64,000 nt of DNA from Lama guanicoe (Eukaryota). Each line of letters starts with the position of its first letter. Positions within the stretch are counted from its first letter, which is position 1. A model generated the notes under the pieces. That model had not been told where the DNA came from. It was given only the letters and a program-made list of their open reading frames with translations, and did not search any database. Made by a program: the position numbers and the translations under genes. The stretch lies in NCBI GenBank assembly GCA_013239625.1, contig MU054212.1, forward strand, positions 1,860,001 to 1,924,000, given 5' to 3'. This document shows, in pieces, positions 1-13,256 of the stretch.

Positions 1-3000
1 TTCCTGCTCCTCCCTTTTCTCTTAGATTTTGAATCCCGGAAGGTTTTTTGGTAAAGGATTTAGTTAGTGAAATTGCCCATCGTCACAGTAGTCGGCCCAA
101 GATCTTGTGGTCAGGTTGGGTTGTTTTTCCGCCAGCTGCAAGATTCCACTGGCCTTCCTTATTTAATGTCTGTTTTAAAAATCCATTGAAATTGAAAGTT
201 ATGTACCTGAAAGCTGTTGGAACAGGGCATTGATTTAAAAACTGACTGGCAGGCTTAGGATTTAAACTCTGGTCCACTAGATTCAAAAGGTCATCTGATT
301 AGAATGGGAGAAGCACAAGGCATAGTAATTTATATTCAAAGGGTAACCTTTGTAGGGAGGAGGAGGAAGCAAGAACTCTTCCTGCTTTTCCACTCGATGT
401 GGACAAGGGTTCCCTTCAGCCACCTCCCAATAATTATGAAAAATAGTTTATTGAATGGGGGCAAAAAGCAAAAGAAATGCCACTTCCTTATAGTGTAATA
501 TTTCTTTTATTAAAAACCCTGCCACACTCTCTAGGAGGTAAACTCACAGTAAGAGTAAGTCAACATGTTATAAATCATGAAGAGTAACAGAAAACCATCT
601 CTCCCTATTGTAAGCAACCCAATGACTGTCTACTAGGGCATTTGCTTTGTACATATACATACAAAGAATAGAGCTGTGAAAGGACAGTGTACCGATTTAC
701 AGAATTGACATAAACTGTGTTAAGGATGAGTGTGTGTGCGCATGCGTGCATGTGTGCACATCCGTGCCTACGCGGGGTGCTGGTGTGAGCGTGTGCTGTG
801 GAGAGTGGAAAGAGTTACATACGTGCGTGGGTTCTACAGGTAAAACCCTGCTGTTTGCCTTTGATCTTTGGGTCCCCCAGGGCTCATATTCCCGCATGGA
901 GAATGCAATTACAAAGAGCCCCAAGTAGACCTTGTTTTAAATTCTAAGAAAGTCCTTTTAAAATGCAAGCCCAATTCTATTAGGGTGTCTCTCATTTTAA
1001 ATTAAAAAAAAAAATCCTGGTTTGGAGAGAGGAGAAACAATCCTGCACTCAAGCTTGGTGCTTTTCTTCTGGCTTGTTCTCTTTCCCTGCATGTTTTCAT
1101 GTATTATAGAAGGTTCCAAATCTCTTATCTTTAACAATCTCCTGCCACCTCGTCCCCTGAAATCATCCCTGTTTATGAGCCAGTGCACACAGGCACCAAG
1201 AGAGGAAATCAGGAATGCTTAAGTGCGTCTCTGCTCCTACATGGAACCGTCATGGGTCTTCAGATATGCTTGCATTCCTTCTTGTCCCTCATCTCTTCTT
1301 GCCCCAGAATCTTTCAGGTCTTAAAATGGCAGAGCTGCCCCCACTCTCTGGCCAAGAAGAGCCTCTATTTGCTGCATAAACCCACGCATTAAACTCCCGT
1401 TCTCTTCCCATTTCCTGGGCATCTTTTCTGACGCTGCTTCTTGGTCTCTGTGGAACAGTTTCCTCACCCCTCGTGGTGCACAGAGCTCCTAGACAGACAG
1501 CCCTGTAATTCCCCCACACGAGGATGTGCTGTAGCTATGGTGAGAGTCATCTATAACCCTTGCGTCCTTATATAATTTGCTACTCCAAGTTAATTTTAAT
1601 TCATTACAATAAAGCAATATAATTAAAAAAATAACTCCTTCAAGTGAAGTATTTAACATGATCCTGGAAGAAAGACAGCTTCCACGAACAGAGGGCCAGG
1701 CAGCAGGCCTGGTGCACGCTCATGCAAATTCAAAGGTGAGCCGTAAACAAGCCCGCGCACCAACTCCGCCACGCGGAAGACCGGCGGCGGGAGGCCTCAT
1801 TCTAATCAGTCCTCAAAGGAACCTGCCATACAGAAGTGGCACTTATTCTAATTTAAAGCCCTCATGCTTGCTTCACTGTTGCAAAATTTATAGAAGAATA
1901 ACTTCATTACACCGCCTGGCACTTCAAACATAAATGCAAACCAGCCACAACGTAGAAGGAACTGGACAAGAGAAGGAGAAATACTCCCAGAGTTGTTAAC
2001 TCAGACATTCAAACGCAGTCTGCGTTTGGGCGTGCTTCCCTTCCTGAGGACGGGGTTTGCCGCGGAACTTGCCTTCACCGAGGACTTCTGCCACACCGTC
2101 CTTTACTTCCTTCCATCATGAGGGCCCGCTGCTCCTATAAATCTGCTTAGTAACGCTTAAAAGCATCCTAAGCAAGGCACACCCCTCGCAAAAATACATC
2201 TGGCTGTACATAAATGAATGCTATTCAGTGTTCCTTTCCTGGTCTGCGGAAAAGATTGATTCTGAACACACCATCATTACAGTTCCCATATCCTTGGGTA
2301 TATATTTCAGACTCACCTAAGTTGTTGAAAAATTAATGTAAAAACATTTTTTCCCCTCTTAACCTCGGTCCTCCAGAAAGCCAGCTATAAGAAGGGTTAA
2401 GTGGAAACATTCTGCTGAATTCATACACAGCAATGGAGAAAAGTTCGTGTCACATCCTGAAATACACACTTTAAAGGAAAATTCTTTTTTCGCCCCGAAT
2501 CAAAGAAATGCTACAGTAAAATATCTTCAGGCTAGATTCCTAAGCTACAATGCAGTTTGTGTCAGAACACACATCATTTCATGCTGAACTGTCAGCATCT
2601 TTCTCCCAGTCGTTTGGTGGGGGAGTGCAATGAAAAGACAAACCTCGAAGCCTGTATAAAAACTCCAGACCTCCAAGAAAGCACACGTCACACACCACTT
2701 GGGCTGTGCACCCACAGCCTGGGAGGCCCCAATAAGGGAGAACTCCTTTCCCATTCAGTGATTCTCATCACCCACGTCCAAACGTGTGCTAAGATTTTGC
2801 TTCAAAGAGAAGAGGGTAAGCAATCAAAAAGCTTGAAAATGGTCATCCGTGGATGGCTAATAGGTAATGACCTGAGGGTGAAACCTCAAGGTGGCTCTCT
2901 CCAAAGGCAAATACCAGAAGACTTTTTCCCAGAGGTCCTTCAGAATTGAAGAGAGGCGTTCTTGCTGATGGTAAGAAGAGAGAGCTATTATGGGATGTTC

Positions 3001-6000
3001 ATGCCAGGCTGACTGGAGGACAGATTGACACAATAGCTGTGAACATTAAAGCCATCGCCACCAAGATGCAGTGTGACGCGTTTCATATTATTCCTAGGAT
3101 AAACAAATGCTGAAATTAACTCCCCATCATCTTTATAAATTGGTTTTAGAGTGCTGAAGGCTTTTTTACATGCACATCATGCAATATGTCGGCGAAGGTA
3201 AGTTTGTATTATTTTTCCTCTCCATGAATAAAGCAGGGCTAATCAGATGGAATGAATGAGCTAATTCAATTACAGGCAGCCTTTATTATACAATAAAATA
3301 TGGATTATTGATCTTGCAGAGTTGGCAATGCAGGATGCAAATTCAGTGAGCAAAACCCGCACATTTGAGTGTGACCGTTTTTAATTCCCGCTGAAATCTA
3401 CTAGAATGTTTCTCACTTTGGAAGAACCACCGAAAGAAAACACCGCTGACTAACGAGACCCAGGGCTTCACGAGGGGACAGAAGAAGGGTTAAGTCAGGG
3501 GCTGGGAGCCGGAGAAGGCCCCTGTGGGGGTGTAATCCCTCGTCACACGCCCACAATGGAGGGAGGAGAAACCGGCCGCCTCTCCGGGCCCGTCGGTGGA
3601 GTGCGAGTGAAAACTTATTGGTAGACCGAAATGTACTTCACAGGCATCTTGCTGCAAATCCAATCAAGTCCTGGAGGAAGAATGAACGCATTGTTGTGGC
3701 TCTGCACTTGGGAGGAGGGCTTGTTTGAAATACAACGCTGGACTGTCCGAGCCAAACCCTTTTGTCTTTCATCTCTGAAACAAAAAAATGCCACAGTCAA
3801 CCCTGGTGAGGAAGAAAGCGGCTCCGAACGTGAGGTCACGTGGAGAGGGAAGCCCACTGCAGCAGATGCTGAAGGGAAAAAGAAGTGAGCTCTGAGAGCC
3901 AGTGTGTGTTTCCACACCTCGGGTCTGCCTCCCACTTCCCCTCATAAACCTGCCCCGAGACCGCAGCGCGCTGATGGCTACTTGTCCTCCGCTGTGCAGC
4001 GCAGCGCAGGCCAGGCTGTCTCCTGGGTTCCTTATGAGCTCCTCCCAGCCCCTCCCTGCAGAGCCAGCCCTCCTCCTTTCAACCGGGTTCCCATCCTCTC
4101 TACCTTTTTATGGGCCACGGCCAAGTGCCCCCCACGTGGCCACACAAATGAAAATCTGCTCTTTCTCCTCAATTTTTTTTTCTTTAAAAAGCATAGAAAC
4201 GGGTTCTGTGTTTTGGTAGGCATCCCTCCAAAGCGTAGGTAAGCTACGTCCATGTGGCCTGTTTTCGAAAAAGCCTCCAACGAAAGGGAGGAAGGCGGGA
4301 TGCCTAACAATCCTGCACAAAGTTGCAGACTGTTCGGCTACAGTCCAGAAAATGAATCCAATTTTTCATTCTGTCATTATAAATATTTCATTGCAAATGG
4401 TACTGATTTTCTGCAACTGTGGTTAAGCAAAGGGCCTCTGTGTGAATATTTAAGAAAAAAAAAAGGAGGAAGACAACGAAGAAGAAGGGAGGGGGTATGA
4501 AAGGTTAGCAACCAATTAATTTCTCACTTTAAATGTAAAAGATTCTGGGAGAAATTCAACAGTGATGTAGTGTATGACTCAAAGAAGAAGAAGAAAAAAA
4601 ACATTTACTCTGCTCTTCTTCTGACAGTTTCTCATAAAATATCTGCAGTCCATCTATCTTTTAGTACTCCAGGCTCCTCTGGAGAGCAGAAAATGGTGGT
4701 TTAAAGCTCTCTTCAGTGCCAGTCTGCGGGAGATTGCTTTCCACAGGACCCCCGCTGATGGAGGCCTAGGGGAAGAGGCCCAGGAGTTATTCAATCAGCC
4801 CGAGACTCTGGGGCGGCTGGGGGTCCTTTGAGGGCTGATTAGAAAGCTGCCCTCCTGTTGCCTGCCTCGGAACAGAACGAAATGAGCAGCCTCTTGCTGA
4901 GCAGATTCTGCAAGAAGGAATTTCACCTGTCATGGAGTTTGTCAGAATTTCAGGATTTATCTTGGTGCAAAATTAATAAAATACCAACCAGGATTTCAGG
5001 CTGACTACTCAGCTGTGTCATCTCAAAGTGATCTTTCACCCAAGAAAACCTGGACTGTGAGCATGGCCCTTCCTGCCCTACTTTTCCTTCAGAGGGTGAG
5101 CCTGGCGAGGGGACTAATACCAGCCAGACGTCAGGATGAGATTCTGAACCAATTACACACAAGGCTGAATTACGGGGTGGGCGCTACTGTCTTAATGTGT
5201 GACCTCCCATCTCGCCGCTGTGGTTCTGAAAGCTCTCCGGAATCAGCCTGGGTCTGAGGCAGAAAAAGGCCATTTCTGCAGTTTATAACACAGGAGGTCC
5301 CCTGTGGCATCGCATCTGTTAAATTCATACACTGGTATTTCAGGCCTGGATTTGATTTATCTTTTCAAAAAGGAAGACTAACCATGGACGATGCTAAGAG
5401 CGCACATTGTGAAACACTACAAATTAATCTTGGGTCAGCCGCACGTCAGGGGCTGCAGTGTCATCTTTGGTTTGCACCCACACGGCCCTCACGGCCCATC
5501 ACCCTCTGCGCTCCCAGCAGAGCAGGGGGTGGGGAGGGGTGGGGCGCAGAGGGGCCAGGACAGGGCGGGAACTAACCCTGCCGGCTCTGGGCTGCAGGGA
5601 GTTTGGCCACCTCCGCTCATCCCACTTCAGAAGGTGGTTCACACCACACGGATCACCACAGCTATTTTAAGTGGGTTCTGGAAAGCCCAGGGCTTGATCA
5701 CTTTGAGCTGAGGCTCTGGGTATCCCTGAGGCAGTCGGCTCTGGTCCTCAGGGTGGGCGGCCTCACATCACAGAGGGGCCGGCGCGTGGGGACTGGGCTG
5801 GCGGCGCTCACGCCACCGGCTGGCCCGGGTCCCCAGAGTGGGCAAACATTTCTCGGATTCGACTCCAGACTCAGAACTTAGGTTCAGACCAGGATGAACT
5901 GGAATCAGAACGTCCACCTCGTGTTTCATCCCCGGCCTCCCACCACCCTCGCACCACCGGTGCCTCTTGCCAAGTGGTGATCGGCAGGGCCTCCTTGGCT

Positions 6001-9000
6001 CCCAGAGTCTGCATTTGGTTTAAGGCAACTGCTGCTTTCCTGTCCATTTTCTAGAGGAGACATTTAACAACACGAACGCATTCCTTCCGGCTCTTCCCGT
6101 AGTGAAACGACCATCCCGTGCTGGAGAGCCACCTTTACAAAGCAGGAGCCCGACAACATCAATGCCAGGAGATCTCAGGCAAGAGTGAGGAACAGAGAGA
6201 GCGCGCGCAGGCGGAGCGAGCTGGGGGCGAAGGCACAGATGGTGGGCGGGGAGGCAGGGTGCTCACAGCAGGCTTCAGTGGAGATGCATTAACTCCACAG
6301 AGGGATGAGGGCTTCCCACCAGTCCCGTCACGAGTTATAACTGAGTACGGGAGTGAGGTCTTCGTGCCTGGCTCTCAGCAAATAGACTGTTCTACTTTCC
6401 TGCACAATCACCTTTCACCCTTGCAAACTCCAAGCACAGCAAAGCACACTGCTGATATTTAATGGTATCACAGTAGCCTTTTATGTGTCTAGGGGGCACA
6501 CAAACTTAGCAGATGTGCCCAGTGGTGTAAGTCAGATAATTATAAAATTAAGTTTTGGCAGTGTGAAAAAGGAAACCTTTTACGGGCGATTCGGGTTTCC
6601 AGCGAGAGATGGTTCTCTGCCAGCTGAGGGGCCGCATCAAAGCAAGAGGAGGCCGCGAAAGGAAGCTGCCAGCCTCCCAGACACACTGGGTACGAGCGAA
6701 GCTTCCCCTTTGCAGACCTTCCCCTCCGCTGACAGGAAAGCAGCTCCTGCCTGTCAGTCCCCTCACTCACTCACTCAATGAAGTTATCAATGAAGGAGGC
6801 CTGTTATTTTAGGCAGTTTAAAATTTCACCACTTTGAAAGGACTCGTTTACCCTGCCTTTCACTCCCGTTTAAAGCCTCGGAGTTGCCGTTCTAAATGAC
6901 AGCACCGCGAGCACTGCTTTTAAGCGCTATTCATCTCGCCTGCCACATCGCAGGCTCTTACAGAACGCGCTCTCTCCAACGAGGGGCACTCACTCCTTCA
7001 TAGCTGCAGGGCAGAGCCTGCTACGAGCTGTAGATTCGCTGCAAATATAACAATAAAGGATACCAATGTGAATTCCTCTTAAAATACACGCTTGGCTCTG
7101 GAGCCGCCCTGCCTTAGCAAACTCGATCAAGACCAGCCCATCCATCTTTCTCCAAATGCACAGCAACAGCTCATTTCACGCGGCCGTCCAAGGGACTGCC
7201 ACCTCGATGGCTCCGAAGATGCTGGAATGAATTCTTTGCTCATTTCAGGGGATTTGTAGTCGCAGCCCATGATTGCCATCTCTCTCTAACTCTAACTGCC
7301 ACAACAGTTGGAACATGGAAGTGGTGTTTTCCAACAGCCGGATCAAAGTTTGTAAACATAAAGGGTCTATTCTTGGCATCGAATCTCTGCTCATGTGAGG
7401 AAACGGATCCATGGATGCACCAAACATCTGAAACAGGAACACACATGGGACTTCTACATGCTTCCCTGGGATGCAGAATGTTCTAGAAACGTGGATGTCC
7501 AGATCGCACCAAAGGATCTGACTACAGAGGTGCAGAGACAGAGTGCTGTCTTTATAGGACAATCGTGCCTGCAGTTGCTCATTCCTAATGGAGGCAGATC
7601 TTCTGGTTCTGTGGCAGCAGGCTGTCTTGGCGACACAGAAGAAGGCAGGGCCAGCAAAGCCCAGCCAAAGCAGAATGTGGCAGAGGTGATGAACATTTCC
7701 AGGGGGTGGCGGGGGGGTGCAGCACTGGCCACAGTGCTCTTCGGTACACCCTAGCTGAATGCTCCATAAAGTCGCACTGATGGCAGCTCAGAGATGGCCA
7801 TCTGTCGTCAACTCTGGGCCAGACAAAAAAATAATGTAATGGCAGATCGCTAACAACAGGGCTGTTGGAGGAGGGAATGAGTCCTAGAACGGGGAGGTGG
7901 TGCTCCATCTTTTAATAGCGAAACCAGCCATCGATATGAACATCAAGAAATTAATGGATGGAGAATTTTTAAAAACTGAGCTGGGGTGCTGTAGAAGCGA
8001 TTCAGATGTAAATAAAGTGGGTTTAGCTTACTGCAAATACCTCTGTCACCCTTCCTTCCTGTCATATTAACCACTTGATTCTTGAACATTATTAGACTAG
8101 CAGGACACATGGTGAAGCAATGAGGGCCAAATTTAGAAACAGGTACGCCCAGGTTGTGCCTCCAAGCATGCCCACACAGATCAGGCATTTATTGGTACAA
8201 AACGGATAATTGAAAATGCATTTACTCATTTAGTCCAAATGGGTTCATTGTGACAATCATGCTTGTCTATCTTTCTGTATGCTTGCTTAATTTCTATGCA
8301 GTTTTACTAAAATGCAAAATAAAGCTACCTCATCTTTAGATGCATTATGAATGCTATAAAACTTTAAATGCCCTTCTTTGCTCAAGAAAAACTCTAGCTT
8401 TTGTCACTGCTTAGATGATAGGAAGAGAGGAGAGGCGTAGGGAGGGAGGGAGAGAGAATGAGTAACAGTCAAACTGAGGTGAGCCGTGTCCTAATTCTTT
8501 GTCCCATAAGATTAACTTTCTGCCTTCAATGGAAAGGCCAATCAATCCTGATTGAATTATCCAATATTAACAGCTGAAAGTGATCAAAAGTAATGGTGAA
8601 AACATAGCACCAATCAATAAATCAATGCAAATGATTCGGTTCCTGGAGATCCGATCAAATAAAAGAGATGGATCAATTTAACCACTGAGCAAATTAAGTG
8701 GAAGTTGCTGTAGCACCAATTTACTTCAAAAGCCCCGAAGGCCCACAAAGCAGAGAAATGAGGCAGTGTAGCGACGGATCAGTTCCAGAACCACACGTTC
8801 ACTTGACACAGCTTATTCCCTGTAGACCCCTGAGTCTAGACGAGGTGTTTAGGGACTGCGATTTCGGCCCCCAAAACAGGAGACACACAGAGGTCCAGTG
8901 GTTCAAAGAAAATGGAGAGCTAAGGTACCAGGGACCGACCACCCAGGAACAAACAGGACGTACGCCCCCAACACCGCCTGTCCCTGCAAGTGGCCCACAC

Positions 9001-9839
9001 TCAGAAGCCGGCCGTGGGCAGGCCCAGACATGGGGCTGGGCAAATCTTTCCACCCCAGGGGTCCCAAAGGGAGACCACTTGATAAGAGGCAAGGCAGGAC
9101 GGGGTTCTGAGTCTTACAGTTGCAGTGGGGATAAGGAAAGACATTTCAAGGTCTTCAAAGAGCTTTAAAGGCACTTCCCATAGATGTGCTGTGAGCCGTG
9201 AGACCCACTCCGCCATGCCTCTTGTTTGCAAAAGAGAATTTCAGCCTGACTCAGAGAAAAATATGACAATGAAATAAACTAAAACAAACCTTTCCTCACC
9301 CTGCCCCGGGCCCCACCTTGCCTTACATGGAGGGGCACAAGAAAACTTTTTGTTTGGGCCACTCATTCTTAATTTTAGAGGGGGCGGGAAGAAGGTTCAA
9401 GTTGTTGTGAAATCCATTTCTGAAAGCAAATATAAATGTTTAGTTTTATAGTTATATGCTAAAAAGAACAAAACAAACAAACAAGCAAAAAAAAACGGCC
9501 AAATGGAGAAACAAAACAGAAGCTCAAGACTCTTTAATCCCTTGAAAAAGATACGTGTTTAAAAATTAGAATTTTTATCTGGAAACCAATTAATATGAAA
9601 CTACGGCAAGGTATGGTTAATTGGCAAATGATTCCAGTGAACTAGAACAGAGAACTAAGGAAACTTCTGACCTGTCTGGGCCTGCCCATCGCCGGCTTCC
9701 TGAGGTCAGCTTCCTGAGGTCAGCGTCAGGGAGCAGGAGAGGGTCCGGGAACCAGAGTTCACCCAGTGCCTCTTCTGTTCCACACTCTGCTCAGTATCGG
9801 CTCAAGATCGGTTACTCGAATGCACTCTTGCCAGGACCT

Positions 9840-9960
9840 TGGGAGTTGGGCACGATGCTTTGTTATCTCCTTTGTGCCCATTTTACAGATGGTAAAACAG
9901 AGGCTTGGAGTTAATCGCTCATAAGCGGCAATGCCCAGAATCAAACTCTAGTGAGTGTTC
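9840..9960 (-). mobile_element. MIR fragment
   Basis: Core cccattttacagatggtaaaacagaggct. Confidence 0.55.
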
Positions 9961-12891
9961 TCTGCATCCCATGCCCCTTCCCTTGTACTAAGTCACCTTC
10001 GGAGAAATCAAAGCAAAACAAAATGAACAAAGTTCATAAAAACTATTTTTAAAACCCCATTCACTATTTGAGATTTTATGGATGGCTAAGCGTCCCACAT
10101 CCATGGATATCAGAATCGGATCTCTCCATCCTTCAAAACCAGCCTGAATGCTCCCTCATGATGGCTTTCTCGATTCGCCCAGCTAGAGAACAGACATCGT
10201 CTCTTGGAATACTTAGAAAAATCCATTACCTACTGCCTCATGTGATAGTTCATCATATGCAAACCTTAACTTTTCGAGTAGACTGTAAATATATATTTCT
10301 AGTTATTTTTGATATGTCAGAGAGAATTTGGAACTACAGTGAATTTTAAAAGGGAATGATATTATATTTTTATGAATCTTTTAAATTAATAAACATATCT
10401 TCTTATCTAATAATGGCACAGGGACGACAGCAGTCTATTGTGTGGCATTTGTGACTTGTGCATTGACAAAGACCCTTAAACGCCTCATCGTGTATTACTT
10501 GATACTTTGAGGCATGGGTTTGTGTAACCATTATTAAAAGGCTAGTTTAGGTAAGTAGCTTAGTTATTAGTGAGGGAGCCAGTCCGCCACGCGGCAGCCA
10601 CATCTCAGAGCTGCAGTGTTGCCCTGTACCTCCCATCCCATGTGCTGTAATTCATTGCTCTTTCAGGAATATGAGCATAAAGCTTGAGTAACAGTTAAGC
10701 TGTGGTGTGAAAAACATGCCTCAACATCAGGTTGATTCGGTGGGAAAGTGATCTGAGAAGAAAACCAAACAGCTATGGAGAAAATTACATATTTAAACTT
10801 CAGTGACTTCTGAAAGTCTTGGTGTACCCCTCAGAATGTCAAATCACGACTCTGTTTTGTATGTGAAAAGTACTGCATCCATGAATTAACCGAGGAAAGG
10901 CCAAGTATCAAAACGATCTTGACTCACAAGGAACTGAAATGCCAAGATCTCAGAGCCTTGGGTGCCTCCAGGCCGGTTCCCTCTCTTCCCACTGCTGGAA
11001 TTCCCTCTATTCAATGCATAACATGATGCCTGAGGGAACTTTCTAGGGGACACACTGGAAGAGGATGATTTGATCACTGCCATCGAAGTGCTGTTTTTCT
11101 AGAAGCACCAATTTAACAGTAATTACTGTCTTGAAAGAAAGTGGCCTATTCAACAGAATTTTTACAAACACACCACTTGCCCACACCTGTATAAACCACT
11201 TTGGATACAAATATGCATTGTAGGATATTATTCTTGGACCACATTCTCCTCCTCTCAAAGCAGCTTCCTTCAGCTCTGCAGAAAACGTTTTGAGGTCTAT
11301 TAGGAAAACATGTGAAACATTCAACATATTCATTCGCTTTTAAAATAACAAAATGTTCATTTAGTTCAAATAATGCACTTTTATTCCAAAGCACATCTTC
11401 CCTCCCAGTGTGCTAGTTGGCCTTTGAAGTATATTGGGATTCCTTGTAAGAACAGGGGGAAAACTCCATCAAAAGAAAAAGATGATATCCTGCCAAGAGT
11501 TAGACACACACACCTCTGGACTGGCATTTAGAGCTTTTGGTCAGGAAGGTTTAGAAGTCCTGTGAAGACAACAGCTTCCACACTGAGAAGTCCTAGATGG
11601 AGTGTTCACAGAACAAGGTTTCATCTTGCTCAATTCTAAGAGGAATTGTGGTCAGTGATGTCAAAGGATGACACCCAAGTCTTTGATTTCCTGAAGATGG
11701 ACAGTGTGGAATTATCTGAATTCTAACAGGTATTAGAGTCGGTATTAATGAAAATAACACACCTCTGTGTGTGCGTGTTTGTGTGTGTGTAATTTTATAC
11801 CCAGCAAAGCACTTCTATACTCAGAAAGATGTTCCTGTGTCTTTAACTGAGTATAGACAGTGAAAGGAACGTAAATTACTTACTGTGGTCATGAAATCAC
11901 TTGTGCACCTTTCAAAGAGACAACATAGTGATGTTCCTGGCTCCTTCTGGATGCTCACCCTAAACTCGCCCTATTTTTCTCACTCTGATATAAGAGCCAA
12001 AAAAATTATATGCTTTCAAATCTCCAATCTCAAGTTCTTGGGCATTTGGTTTATAAAATGCCTCTTGTGAAAAGTCCTTCTTTCTGAACTTTAGTGGCAT
12101 TAAAAACGTGGATAAGTTTAAGCGTTATAACATGGGTCAGTTTAACAGTTTGCATTTATTTTAAACACCAAGGCGTGAGCCTCAGTGGGCTGGTAAAGTG
12201 GCTTCATTTTTCTATTCTACTCTCTTATTATTTTGGTTACGAATCTTATTTTATATTGTTACCTTAATTTCAATTGCTTCCCCCCCTCATTCTAGAAATT
12301 AACAAAACAGAATTATTTTTGTATACTTACCGTGACCCCTTTCTATGCAGAAGTCAAATAAATCAACATTTAAAAATTACATCGGTCCCTTCCTCTAAGC
12401 ACAGGTGTAAAGGTGATTTGGGTAATGAAAACAAATGCACAGGACTGCGAACTCCGAGATTTAAATCATAAAAATCAAACAGCTCTCAAAACTAGAAGAA
12501 GTAAAGTTAACGCCGACCCATTTTTTTTACTGTATTGGAACTAAAAGCCACTGTTACTGCTAGGGATTTTAGAAAACAGGCCCAGATGGATATTTCAATG
12601 ACGGTGGCTATTAGCTTTGTAATAATCATCGCATATTAACTATAAATACTGTTTTTATCAAAGGAATGATGTTCATATTGGGCCTGAGAATTCACATCAA
12701 GGCCAAATATGTATGATTCTGGGTCGCAGAAATGGAAAAATCAGGCGTACAGCTTTGGATTATGAAAGAAACTGTATTTTGGTCTGGATCACAATTTGAA
12801 CGAATGAGTCAGAAATGCTTTGAGAGACATTTGGCCTCATAAGGTCTTACAGACTCAAAGAGTTGTGTGCTCTGCACTGTATCTTCTATAC

Positions 12892-13256
12892 CAGCGGTTC
12901 TCAAAGTGAGGCCTGGGGACCTCTAGGGGTCTCTAGATCCTTTCGGGAGTCTGTTAGGTCAGCACTATTTTCATAATGACATTCAGACACCGTTTGCCTT
13001 CTACAGCCCCATTATCTCATGAGATGAGCCTACAGTGGCGTTTTCTAGAGGTTACAGGACGTGCGAAGGTACTGTTTCTCAGACAGTTAATAGAATCGCA
13101 AGCTTGTGTATTCCCGCATTTAAAATGGTTCTCAGTTTCGATTTCTAATACGGAAAATAAGTATCAGTAGATAACCCACATAAATCAAAGCTCTTTGTGG
13201 TCCTCAGTAAGTTTTACATGTAAAGGCATTCTGAGATCAAAGAGGTGAGAACCACG
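12892..13256 (+). mobile_element. Non-autonomous hAT-Charlie DNA transposon (MITE, Charlie18a-like), apparently full length
   Basis: Terminal inverted repeats cagcggttctca and tgagaaccacg. 8-bp duplication ttctatac (12884-12891) and gtctatac (13257-13264), matching the Charlie NTCTARAN-type target. Subfamily name is from memory. Confidence 0.8.

Noticed and set aside
12331..12491. Possible sense-strand pseudo-exon of 161 nt (similar cases 2317-2384 and 56959-57008)
   Set aside because: Lengths are not multiples of three, acceptors are weaker, and such pairs are expected by chance in long introns.
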